Positions 22,437 through 33,559 of a DNA stretch of 64,000 nucleotides are shown in pieces (position 1 is the first letter of the stretch; every line of letters begins with the position of its first letter). The stretch is from Anthoceros angustus (Eukaryota > Plantae > Anthocerotophyta). The notes beneath the pieces were generated by a model, which was given only the letters and a program-made list of their open reading frames with translations, was not told the DNA's origin and made no database searches. The position numbers and the translations under genes are program-made. Where the stretch lies: contig MU008174.1 of assembly GCA_010909165.1 (NCBI GenBank), forward strand, positions 868,001 to 932,000, written 5' to 3'.

Positions 22437-23805
22437 CGTACTGCCCACCAAGCGAGCGAACCAGCCACCGCTGTCCACCAAACGAGCGAGCAAGACGCGT
22501 TTGCTTCGTCTCCTAACGATGCACCGATCTTCGAATCCGCGCGTCGCGCAGCATTTAATTTCGCACGAGCTGGAAGATCGACATCAGATTTTGCAGTTTT
22601 GCAGCTAGGCAGCTCTGGCACGCCTAAAATTATCCTGACAGACCTTTAATTAGCCTAGCAAATCTGTTTATCTCGCAGCATCTGTATCTGTCCGGACCCC
22701 ATTCGCCGGACTAACGAATCTTGTCAGGGAAGCCATCATCATCCGTCGGACATCAAAGATAGCAGTTATTGTCTGCCCACTTCCCTGCTGCAACCCAAAT
22801 GCATCAAACCAAATCTGTATGTAACCTGGCATGCATAGATGGCATCAAACGAAATGGCATAAATAAATCGATTGGCTTCATACGAGGGCCATCCACGGGT
22901 GCTCCGGGTGCTGATCGGTAGGCTTCACTCTTGACTGCCTTCAAGTGACAATTTGCAGGCTCGCTAAAGGATAGCTTAACATTCGATGCGTGGAAGAGGG
23001 CTCCTCATAAGAGTAGCGGCGTAAGGAATGTAGTTGAAATTTGGCAATAGTAGTCCTCACTATCTATGAGGTAGGATGTTAGAAATCAAAGTAGAACAAT
23101 GGTTGCAGGTTCACAAACACTGAGTAAATTCATACTCTCCAGACTCTAAGAATCGTAGTATCATGCACCGACAAGCAAAGAAGACCTCCCTCCAACTTCA
23201 AAGAGAGTAATTTCAACACGGAAAAGTAGACCGGGGCATGAGCCCATAGCAAGGATCTCTTCACCATGCCTCTAGACACTTTCCCAATTGCCTTTGAGCA
23301 TTGTGATCTTAGTGATCTTCCTTCCTTCGCAGGTAAATCGCCTCTCCTCTCCTCTGTTTGTCTTATGGCTAATGTGTTTCTCCTCCAGAAAAACATACTT
23401 CTCCACTTCACTTCATTGTGCTGCCGGAGCACTCTTGGCCGCGACCCGGTGACCTGAACAGTTTCCGAGGAAGCCGTGAAATAGCTCATTTTGTGGGTCA
23501 CTTGACAAAGGTGAAAATCTTCCATCGGCCCGCCGATGGAAGATGCCATGCTATGAGATTCAAAAGTTCCATTCAAAAGGACGGAGGCGCAGCCAAGGTC
23601 GGCTCTCTTGTCCAGGTGTCTTTGTCTGCCCCTGGTCAAACGTTCAGGAATCCAGGATGTGTCAGACATATCTGCAAAAGGCTCCGACACAGGGGCTGTC
23701 CATTGCCAACACGAAGAGCCCTCTACAAGATGTTCGAGGTAACTGTATTCCGGGCGGCAGATAAAACGGTGAAGAAAACTGGTATGTACAATGCAGCTTT
23801 CATAG

Positions 23806-24048
23806 CTGGCGAAACACGCAACCGTTGTGGTGCTTGTCATGCTCACGATGGTGAGCATTCAATGCGTGGCACAGGCGTCCAACAAGACTGGTGGGTCCCA
23901 CTCCCATGTCCCCGACCACTTTCATCGTCGACTTTTGGTCTGTGGATCCCACAGACCTTGCTACTATGGAAATTCACCACCTTGTGTCTTCCCTTACTAC
24001 TGTTCCCCGCCTCCGACTCCGAGTCCTGTGTTTTCGCCTCCTGAATGA
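23806..24048 (+). CDS. Secreted 4-Cys/polyproline peptide, copy 1 (start codon mutated ATG to CTG)
   Basis: (L)AKHATVVVLVMLTMVSIQCVAQASNKTGGSHSHVPDHFHRRLLVCGSHRPCYYGNSPPCVFPYYCSPPPTPSPVFSPPE is colinear over 243 nt with copy 3. Confidence 0.65.
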   Translation: MAKHATVVVLVMLTMVSIQCVAQASNKTGGSHSHVPDHFHRRLLVCGSHRPCYYGNSPPCVFPYYCSPPPTPSPVFSPPE

Positions 24049-24244
24049 AACCGCCTGGTGGGCACATGTGCAAACCAAGCTGGAGCTGCATCAAGTTTAT
24101 CATGCCTAGGCTAGCTGGTATGCATTTAAGTCATTTCCTTTGGGGCCATAGCTTGTAAGACTGCAAGGTGTATGCAGAGGCATTCACAACAGCGATGTCT
24201 CCAATGTTCAATGGTTGTTTTGCACCTTGAGACTAGTGTGGCTG

Positions 24245-24490
24245 TCTTGAATTCTTCTTCACGAATCCACTGTTGCGTTGGGATACTACCTTGCCGGTGG
24301 GCTTTTGGACCTGTCATCCAAACCTGTTGCGTCATATGCTTGCGGCAAGAAGGACATTTGGTACTAGTGGTCGTCATCCATATATTGGTCAACCTAGAAA
24401 CAAAACCATATGCATCGGTAAAAGAAGTGACGCAGCAGCACCGGTAGTACAATTGAGCAGGCTTCCTTTCATCTCCGGCGCCCGTAGCCC
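24245..24490 (-). pseudogene. DUF674 subfamily-B internal fragment (Cys-loop region)
   Basis: ERKPAQLYYRCCCVTS...NIWMTTTSTKCPSCRKHMTQQVW is nearly identical in DNA to 31890-32130 and is truncated at both ends. Confidence 0.85.
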
Positions 24491-24597
24491 CGGTCGATGT
24501 AACTGGCTAATGTCTCGCTGTCGTCCTGGTACAGATTCAAAAGCTGGTTATGAAAGTCCTGGAGGAACGTAAGGCTTCGGAATTTCACGAGGAACGC

Positions 24598-24801
24598 TCA
24601 GCACCCTGGCCAGTCAAGCTGATCTACATCCTTCAATTTCTCGTACCATGCTTCAGCCCTTCCTCTGAGTGAAGTGGGGAAGTACTTGAGGTACTTTCTC
24701 TCGGTCCCCATGATTCTCAAGGCATTCCTGAATCTCAACAAATGCTCATCAGGGTCATCAGCTGGGGTCCCAACTAAGGCAGGTAAGGCAGAGAGTTCCA
24801 A
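24598..24801 (-). mobile_element. Ty3/gypsy gag fragment
   Basis: DDPDEHLLRF...KYFPTSLRGRAEAWYEKL...LDW is a typical retrotransposon gag motif. Confidence 0.75.
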
Positions 24802-26114
24802 ACGCTTCTTGTCTGATGACCTCGATATTTTCTCTTGACTAACTATTACTCACTTTCTACGGTGGAACCAGCTACCTTGCTGAACGAGCTCTGCAAGCGT
24901 CAGCCTGATGAAGAGCCAGCCACAGTTGCTGATAGGCCAGGGGCATGTGCACAAAACCAAAGGGTGAGAAGAGCACCTGTTGTGGCTGTTCCTCCTGCAC
25001 AGGTCTAACACAGACTGATGCTTCCTAGCTCGTCGAGACTCTTTCGACTCTCTTCTCATTGTCACAAGATCATAACACTTTGGGTGATGCAGGTAGGACT
25101 CGCCCGGGAGTTGGGGAGGATGCGTGTATTGCTTACACATTCCAATGCCCAAGCCTCAGCAACGAGTCCCGCCCGGGTGACAAGCACTTGGGTCTAGCCT
25201 GCTCCAAGGTTGACGTTCAAGGCTACCGGGTCTGGACCTAGCCTGTAAATCTACAAGGGAGTTAGGCCTCTCTCTCTCGTAAGACTCTTGATATGCTGTT
25301 ATACCTCACGAGAGAGACTCTTGATATGCTGTTATACCTCACTCACCTGCATTCATACACGCATACAGATGACACTAAATATGAATGATGCTGGCTACGA
25401 TGCTGATATGTAGAACAAGGAAAGGCTGGCTGATGCCTGGCTGCTCGTGCTTCAGCAAAGAGGCCTGTACGGACTTCACATTGGGGACACACACAATGAT
25501 GATCAGATTCAGAACACTAGATTGCACAATAAGGGATTGGCCTCGATGAGCCAGCCTTGTCATGTAAAGACGTCCAAGTGAACAGAGATGGGCCTGAGAA
25601 TCGCCTTCTGCTTCGTTGTGGCTCAACGGCCTCGCATTCTTGTACATCTGCTGTGCCTCCAAGGGTCATTCTCTACAGCTGTACGAGGGCAAGGCCCTCC
25701 ACATATTCTCCTCTATCCTGACAGCTCTCCGCTATTCTCAAGGGCCTCCGCTAAAGTTAGAAGGCGTTTAGAACAAGTGGAGAGGATGCCCCATGCCCCG
25801 CTTTTGCCTATGCCCCTTCAATCCGCATTTACAAAGATAACCATATAGCAGGTGATGAAAGCTAGACGCTATTTAGCCTTAAATACTGAAATCGGATGCC
25901 GCACTAAGCAGTGGGGCCCACCATCCAGAAACTTGTCCAAGACGGTCGCCTTCCGGTTCCCGTGTTCATTTGGGCTAGTCCACAAGCCATGCCATAGCTT
26001 CTTTCCGATGGCCATGTCGGCGCGACCCATACCCCATGTGCCATGATCCATGCCTCATGCTCCAGGCGCGATGCCCGATGCACGAACCCGGTGGTCCTGA
26101 CCGGGGTCCCACCT

Positions 26115-26222
26115 GCAACACTGGTGGGACCCAGGTCACGACCACCGTCACCATCGACTTCTGGCATGTGGGTTTCAGTGGGTTTGCCCCTACGCAATTT
26201 CTGAACGTAAACGGACGGGGTA
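26115..26222 (+). pseudogene. Degenerate relic of the Cys-rich peptide gene
   Basis: AACACTGGTGGGACC...GACCACCGTCACCATCGACTTCTGGCATGTGGGTTT reads NTGG / DHRHHRLLACGF with a frameshift, next to a PPR tail fragment as in copies 2 and 3. Confidence 0.65.
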
Positions 26223-26234
26223 AAAGAACCCTAA

Positions 26235-26512
26235 ACCATGCTTTTTACCTCCGACTGACAAGCTATACACCAGTCCGTGTCTGTCCACCAGCTCTGGCGC
26301 TCTGGCCTGGCTGCTTCCATGCGATGTCTTCTCTCCTTGCCTGCATCTCCAGAACGCCTCCCAGATCTCAGATCTCGACACTAGTGCATATGTTGAACAT
26401 CAGCACATGCATATGCTGCGGTATGTGTTTCATCTAGCTTTTCTACTTCATTGAAGGCATGGAGACGGTCACCTCCATATTCCTCCATTTTTCACAGGCT
26501 GCACCAGCAGAC
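26235..26512 (-). pseudogene. PPR E1/E2/PG-box fragment
   Basis: GAACEKWRNMEV...HAFNEVEKLDE...AWKQPGQS..WWTD is a frameshifted copy of the 3' end of the PPR gene at 39332. Confidence 0.85.
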
Positions 26513-27142
26513 TGTACTGCAAACTCTACACTGCTGCAATCTCTACTCTGCAGAAACTGCGTCAATCCTGACTCTGTTGAAACTCTGGTGACCTGCCTAT
26601 CGCAGCCAAAGTCCTTGATCAGCCTCGCTTTTGCAATTACATGAATAACCACGGTTAAAAGACCGGACCTTGTGCCATGTGACACTGTGCAGTACAGCAA
26701 GAAAATTATAAATCAATCGTAGCTTGTGCAGATGCGTGTGTGCATGCTCACAGGAATTTATCACATTCTCCAAAATTGTAAAACTTGCTCGATTACATGC
26801 AAGGCACATCAGAGTCATGACCTCTGGAGAGACGGACATTCCTAGAAAGAAAACGACACATGGACACATTTGTAAATATGTATAGTAGCCTACAGCTAAT
26901 TCCTCACTGACATATCTTCAGATTCTGACCATTCTCTCTTTTGTCCTCCCAAAGACTGTGCAACAGCTACGCAAGCCATTTACAGCGACAGCAACCAAAC
27001 AAAACCAAAACCAAATCCAAAACTGTTTCATGCAATAATCTAACAGGGTAACAGCTTGCCTTGCCACTCTCCACCGAGCAGCAACCACATGCTGGCCTTA
27101 AGGCCTCAGTCTCGGCACCAAAACCAGAGCGACTTGCGAAGA

Positions 27143-28012
27143 TTATGACGAGCGTGCCTTGCCTGGCTCTAACACATCATTCAGGACATTCCGAGAACTG
27201 AAGGACCTCGCCAGCAGTGTCAGAGCCTGCAGAGATTGGCACCCAAAACGTTCAGGTTGGCAAAGTATGTAATGATCCCAATGGGAGGCGCGGAGGGGCA
27301 AGTACGGGAAAATGCGACATTCGAAATGCAGAGATCGCATTACCTCCGTGGCTCCAACAGCGGCTGTAGAGCTCTCCAGATCCCGCATGGTCTGGATGTC
27401 CAATTTATTGAGCAGATCGATACTCGAGATAGTCGACATAGGCGAGATTTCCAAGCCATCAGTCACGATGAATGTTGAATTTCTCTTCACGAATCCACTC
27501 TTGCGTTGGCATGCTACCTTGCTGGTGGGCGTTTGGACCTCCGCCATCCAAACCTGTTCCGTCATTTTGGTGCAGCAAGAAGGACATCTGCCACTTCCGT
27601 TATTCATCCAGAAACTACTATCATTTTGCGCACAAAGGCCGCAGTTGCACTGGTAGTACAGTTGAGCGGGCTTTTTTTCATCTGTAGCGCCCTTAGCCTT
27701 CAGCTGCAGCAGCGACGCTTTAGTGATATGCTCGCTCGCAACAGGAGTAAGCAAATCGGATTTCTCAACATACAAAGCCTGACCGTCCAGCTTTCTCACG
27801 CTGCTGGCCACGTTAGCCATAGAAGCCAGACTCTCCGACAAATCCCAAGTCTTGAAGCTAGCCAATCTCGTGAGGATGGTCCCCACGGGCAGCACAAGGA
27901 AGCTCAGAAGTAGATCCACGAAGTCCTTCCCGGCTTCCATGTAAAGCACCCGCTTGGTGCGTGCGTGCCTCAAGATCTTTACAGTCATCTTGGGTCCACT
28001 ACCCGACTCCAT
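27143..28012 (-). CDS. DUF674 family protein, subfamily B (intact)
   Basis: MESGSGPKMTVKILRH...YYQCNCGLCAQNDSSFWMNNGSGRCPSCCTKMTEQVW...; GT-AG intron 27227-27343; stop at 27143. Confidence 0.9.
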   Translation of the reverse strand: MESGSGPKMTVKILRHARTKRVLYMEAGKDFVDLLLSFLVLPVGTILTRLASFKTWDLSESLASMANVASSVRKLDGQALYVEKSDLLTPVASEHITKASLLQLKAKGATDEKKPAQLYYQCNCGLCAQNDSSFWMNNGSGRCPSCCTKMTEQVWMAEVQTPTSKVACQRKSGFVKRNSTFIVTDGLEISPMSTISSIDLLNKLDIQTMRDLESSTAAVGATEVMRSLHFECRIFPYLPLRASHWDHYILCQPERFGCQSLQALTLLARSFSSRNVLNDVLEPGKARSS

Positions 28013-29130
28013 CCCCGTCCCCAGCAAGCGAGCGACCCAGCAAGCAGGCAGGCGAGCGAGCGAGCGAGCAATGCAAGTCGCGGTTGCTACTGCGACTTGA
28101 CGAGTTCGAGACGCCAGCGGGCCGACTATATACCCGATCGGGTCCGTCGAATTGCGCAGCATTTAATTTCACACCAGCTTGAGATCAACAGCAGATTTTG
28201 CAGGTTTTGCAGCTGCAAAACGGACAGCCCTAGATGTACAGTGATTATTAGCCCACAAAGTTTGTTTAGCCACCTCATCTGTCCGGACCTGATCCGCTGC
28301 GCTAGCCATGTACGTAATCTGTTAGGAATGTCATCATCATCCATCGGACATCAAAGACTGTGTTATTTGCCAATGTCTCTGCTTCAAGCAAAAATGCCAT
28401 CCAATAAAATAGTCCATGTACATATGTAGATAGGTAATAGTCCAGGAAACCCGCACATGGCTCCGATTCGCTCCATACGATGGTCAATTCGTTGGTGTCG
28501 ATCAACTTGTTGTGCCTGGAAGGGACAATTTCAGTGATGACCGCAAGGGGGTGGCAAGTTGCAACTCTCAAGGCAAACGGGAAAGTGTGCAGAGACTTAG
28601 TAGCCTCGCCAATGGAGTGTCGACAGTTTGTGCCACCTCCAGGTCTCCAGCAGTGCAAGACCTTGGAGACTGTGAGAAACGGCTGAAAACCACAATAAAG
28701 TGAGTGAGGCCCTCCTCCTCAGGAGGAGGCTGACCCCAGGCCTGGCCGTCGGTGACGTGTCCTCACTATGTCCAGCCATGGTGGATGCCCCCACCATGCC
28801 CAGCCATCGCGTACGCATCTCCACAAGGAAGATGCGATGCTATAGCATTCCAAAATTCCATTCAAAAGGGCGGACCCAAAGCCAAGGTCGTCTCTCTTGT
28901 ACACTCGTCCATGTCCGCCCCTGGTCAAAGTTCAGGAACCCAAGGCATGCCAAACATACAAAAGACTCCAGCAGGGGATGGAACAAGAAGAGCCCTTCAG
29001 AAGCTGTTTGAGGGATTCGGGCGGCAGATACAACGGTGAAGACAATCTGGTACGTACAATTCAGGGCTAGCTCGTCCGGAATACAATACTTACGCTTATG
29101 GACATGGCTCGTGCTGCTGCAGCGTTATAC

Positions 29131-29361
29131 ATGGCGAAACTCGGAACAGTTGTGGTGCTTCTGATGCTCACGATGGTGAGCATTCAATGCGTGGCACAGG
29201 CGTCCAGCAACACCGGTGGGTCCGACTCCTATGTCACCGACCACTTTCACCGTCGACTTCTGGCCTGTGGATTCCACAGACCTTGCTACTACGGAAATTC
29301 ACGACCATGTGTCTTCCCTTACTACTGTTCCCCGCCTCCGCCTCCCAGTCCTATGTTTTAG
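29131..29361 (+). CDS. Secreted 4-Cys/polyproline peptide, copy 2 (last 4 residues lost to a TAG)
   Basis: MAKLGTVVVLLMLTMVSIQCVAQASSNTGGSDSYVTDHFHRRLLACGFHRPCYYGNSRPCVFPYYCSPPPPPSPMF*PPE*. Confidence 0.78.
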   Translation: MAKLGTVVVLLMLTMVSIQCVAQASSNTGGSDSYVTDHFHRRLLACGFHRPCYYGNSRPCVFPYYCSPPPPPSPMF

Positions 29362-29599
29362 CCTCCTGAATGAAACAGCCTGGTGGGCACATGTGCATCC
29401 CAAGCTGGAGATGCATAAAGTTCATCCTGCCCAGGCTATCTGGTATGCATTTAAGTCCTGCCCTTTGGGGCCATAGCTTATAAGACCGCAAGGCTTATTC
29501 TGAGGCATTCACTACAGCGATGTCTCCACTGTTCAATGGTTGTTTTACAACTTGAGACTAGTGTGGCTGGCTTAGTATGTTATCTACCAACTTATTAGG

Positions 29600-29752
29600 A
29601 TATGCCGATATGCCAAAGCCATTCTGGGAACAAGTTGTTTCAATCTTAATATTGTGTATATGGCTCCCATGTGAGGATGCCTTTCATTCCCGACCGAAAA
29701 CTGTGCACCAGTCCGTTCATGTCTGTCCAGCAGCTCTGGCCTGACTGCTTCC
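29600..29752 (-). pseudogene. PPR PG-box fragment
   Basis: KQSGQSCWTDMNGLVHSF...ERHPHMGAIY; the DNA matches 39360-39485. Confidence 0.85.
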
Positions 29753-30399
29753 TTGCTATGCCCAAACGCTGACTTGCAGCAAACGGCGAGAACTCTGACT
29801 CTGTCGAAACTCTGGTGGCTAGCCCGGCGAAGTCAAAGCGGACGTTTGGTCAGCTGCGCATTTTCCATTGCACCAATAACGACGGTACCTGAAAGACAAG
29901 ACCTTCTGAAATGTGACATTGTGCAGTACAGTACATCAAGAAGATTGGGATGTAAATCCTAGCTTGTACAGATGTGAGAGGCATTCAGCACATTCTCCAA
30001 CACTTCAGCAATTGCTCCATTACATAAAAGGCACATCGGAGTCATAAGACCTCGAGACAAACATGCCTACAAGTAAACGAGATATAAACAGATTTGTGGA
30101 TACAGTAGCCTACAGCTAATTTCCTTTGCACTGATGTATCTTAAGGTTCTGAGCTCAGGCTGTCTCTCTCCTGTACTCCCAAAAGCTGTACACCTTCCAA
30201 TCGGCATTGCTATTTACAACCACAGCGAACAAACAAAACCCAACCCAAAACCAAAAATGTTTCATGCAAAACTCTAACAGGCAGGTTCTGAGGCTGCTTC
30301 TTCGTCTTCTAACAGCTTGGCTTGGTCACTATCCACTGAGCAGCAGGCACATGCTGGCCCTTAAAGCTCCAGTCTCTGCACCAAAACCAGAGGTACTTG

Positions 30400-30825
30400 C
30401 GAAGATTATGACGAGCGTACCAAATCTTCTTCTGCCCGACATCAGGACAGCTGTCCCTGTCGCAACAGTAGTACAATTGAGCTGGTTTCTTGCATCCCTG
30501 CAGCTGACGCCCGTGGCCTTCACCTGCAGCAGCGATGCTTTTTTTGATATGCTCGCTCGCAACAGAAGCCAGCAAATCTGCTTTCTCAACATGCAAAAAG
30601 ACGACCGTCCAGCTTCCTGAGGCTGTTGGCAACGTTAGAAACAGAAGCCAGACTCCGTGAGAAATCGAAGGGCAGCGCGTAGCAAGCCAATCGCGTCAGG
30701 ATGGTCCTCACCAGGAGATCCACGAAGTCCTTTTCAGCTTCCATGTACAGGACCTGCTTGCTGTGCACGTGCCTCAAAATAAAAGCTTTACGGTCATCTT
30801 GGGTCATCTATCCGACTCCATCCCA
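30400..30825 (-). pseudogene. DUF674 subfamily-B pseudogene with deletions
   Basis: VLYMEAEKDFVDLLV-RTILTRLA, a frameshift, VEKADLLASVASEHIKK...PAQLYYCC, then joined to 3'-end sequence. Confidence 0.8.
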
Positions 30826-31561
30826 GTGCCCAGCAAGCGGCAGCCAGCAGGCAGCGAGCAACGAGAAGCAGCAGCAGCAGGAGCAGCATGCCCTGACATG
30901 CCAATCCATCATGTTTGATGCCCACACTACGCCCAGCCATCCAGCATGTGATCGAACGGAATTGGAGTGCTTAGTCGAAGGTGAAGAACAGAATTCGAGT
31001 GCTTAGAAGGTGATAGAACGGAATTGGAGCGCTGTCAAGGTCATGAACTGAATTGAAGTGCTTAGACACCAAAAAGGATGCGACCAGACCTTGTGCAATG
31101 TGATACTGTGCAGTACAGCAAGAGGATTGGTAAGTCAAACGTAGCCTGTGTATATGCGTGTGTGTATGCCCACAGGAATTTAGCAGATTCTCCAGAATTT
31201 TCAGAAGTTGCTCGACACAATGCACATCGGAGTCATGAGCTCTTGAGTGACGGACATGTCTACAAGTAAACGAAATATGGACACATTTATACATGCAGTA
31301 GCCTACAGCTAATTCCTCACTGAAGATTCTGGCAAGGTCTCTTCTGTCTTAAGGTCTCTTCTGTACACCCAAGGACTGCGCAACAGCTATTGCTATTCAC
31401 AGCGACAGCAACCAAGCAAACAAAACCAAAACCAAAACTATTAAATGCAAAAATCTCATAGGCTATTACAGCTTGGATTGGCCACTCTCCAGTGAGCAGC
31501 AAGCACATGCTGGCCTTAGCAGCCGCAGTCTCTGCACCAAAAACAGAGGGATTTGCGACGA

Positions 31562-32443
31562 TTATGACGAGCAAGCGCTGGCAGGCCCAAACACTTCGTT
31601 CAGAACATTCCGAGAACTGAAGGACTTCGCCAGCAGTGTCAGAGCCTGCAGAGATTGGCACCCAAAACGTTCAGATTGGCAAAGTAATGATCTCAATGGG
31701 AGGCGCGGAGGGGCAAGTACGGAAAAATGCGACATTCGAAATGCAGAGACCGCATTACCTCCGTGGCTCCAACAGCGGCTGTAGAGCTCTCCAGATCCCG
31801 CAAGGTCTGGATGTCCAATGTATTGAGCAGATCGATACTCGAGATAGTCGACATAGGCGAGATTTCCAAGCCATCAGTCACGATGAATGTTGAATTTTTC
31901 TTCACGAATCCACTCTTGCGTTGGGATACTACCTTGCCGGTGGGCTTTTGGACCTCTGTCATCCAAACCTGCTGTGTCATTTTCGTGCGGCAAGAAGGAC
32001 AGTTGGTACTAGTGGGCGTCATCCATATATTCAACATGGAAAAAGAACCATTTCTATCTGTAGAAGTGAAGCAGCTGCACCGATAGTACAATTGAGCAGG
32101 CTTCTTTTCATCTCCGGCGCCCGTAGCCGTCATGCTGCAGCAGCGAAGCTTTGTTGATATGCGCGCTCGCAACCGGAGTCAGTAAATCGGATTTCTCAAC
32201 GTACAAAGCACGACCGTCCAGCTTTCTCACGCTGATGGCCACGTTAGCCATGGAAGCTAGACTCCCCGAGGAATCCAAGGCCTTGGAGCTAGCCAACCTC
32301 GTCAGGATGGTCCCCACGGGCAGCACAAGGAAGCTCAGAAGGAGATCCACGAAGTCCTTCCCGGCTTCCATGTAAAGCACCCGCTTGGTGCGCGCGTGCC
32401 TCAAGATCTTTACAGTCATCTTGGGTCCACTACCCGACTCCAT
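31562..32443 (-). pseudogene. DUF674 subfamily-B gene with one 1-nt frameshift and a promoter deletion
   Basis: Paralog of 27143-28012. CAGCATGACGGCT versus CAGCTGAAGGCT shows one extra A near 32133, and both halves are otherwise open. About 60 bp of promoter between CCAGC microhomologies is missing. Confidence 0.82.
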
Positions 32444-33309
32444 CCCCGTCCCCAGCAAGCGAGCGACCCAGCAAGCAGGCAGGCGAGCGACCGAGCAATT
32501 CAATCAGCGGTTGCTTCTGCGCCTTGACGATTTCGAAACGCCAGCGTGAGATCACCATCAGATTTTGCTGTTTTGCAGCTGCAAAACGGACAGCCCTATT
32601 TGTACAGTGATTATTAGCCCAGCAAGTTTGTTCATCCACCGCATCTGTCCGGATCAGATTCGCTGCTCTAACCATGTACCTAATCTGTTGGGAATGTCAT
32701 CATCATCCATCGGACATCAAACACTGTTATTTGGCCCAAGTCTCTGCTGCAAGCAAAATGCCATCCATGAGATGAAACCTGTTCCGTCATCTAAGTAGAT
32801 TTGTCTTTGTCCAGCAAACCCCACCCAGTCCAACATTGCTGGATTCGGTTCCTTTGAAGGGCCAACTTCAGCGATGACCGATAGGGGGTAGCAACAAGCA
32901 TGGCAAAATTGGGAGAGCGGACAGCTTCCAGCCTGGAGGTAGGAAAAGAGAAAAAGAAGTATATTAAAGTCTATGAAGACGGAATTTTGGAGAAGTATAT
33001 TAAAGTTCGCAAAGGACAGAAATTTCGTCTCGGACTCGGAAGGTATAGATACATAAAAACATTCAATCGAGCATTAAATCTTGAATTGATTTAACAGCTG
33101 AATTTGACCTAAATACTAGTGGCATGAAGTATACTCAAACATTTAGCAAGTTGGACATACTTTGTTCAAAACTCCCACATATGTTTCAAGCATAGTTTTG
33201 CAATAATAGGGTTGGGAAAAGAAAACAAACCTCGGAGCGAAGAAGACCAAGCTACTGTAAATAAGTTCAGAAAAGTATTCCTAATATAATATTCTCGTAG
33301 ACGGGCCAG

Positions 33310-33500
33310 AGAGAAACAAAGTGTTTTTCAATCTCAACTTCCCTGTTGCCTAACCTGCATATTCTGGTCTCCTGGCTTGTATGCAACGGCTATCTATCAG
33401 TCTCAATCCTAAGACGGTGAGACCCCACTCTAAGATGATCTGTAATCATCCTAAATTGGAAGGACGCGGTTGCGAAGTTGGAGTGGAAACAAATGTCTCT
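33310..33500 (-). mobile_element. RTE-like LINE fragment
   Basis: Matches 10985-11160, for example CTCAATCCTAAGACGGTGAGACCC. Confidence 0.75.
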
Positions 33501-33559
33501 CAGTTCATAAGTCTGGAGTTTAGTGGGTATGGATATAGAGACGAAGGCCAAGTGTACGA

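Noticed and set aside
23130-24044. Long ORFs overlapping the peptide loci (23130-23858, 23418-24044, 38320-39033, 38402-39037 upstream part)
   Set aside because: Their frames are not preserved between the duplicated copies. Only the 243-nt peptide frame is colinear in all three.
25375-25662. YC..C..DHHC-like string on the minus strand
   Set aside because: It contains a stop and lacks the W/CVG context of DHHC acyltransferases; probably chance.
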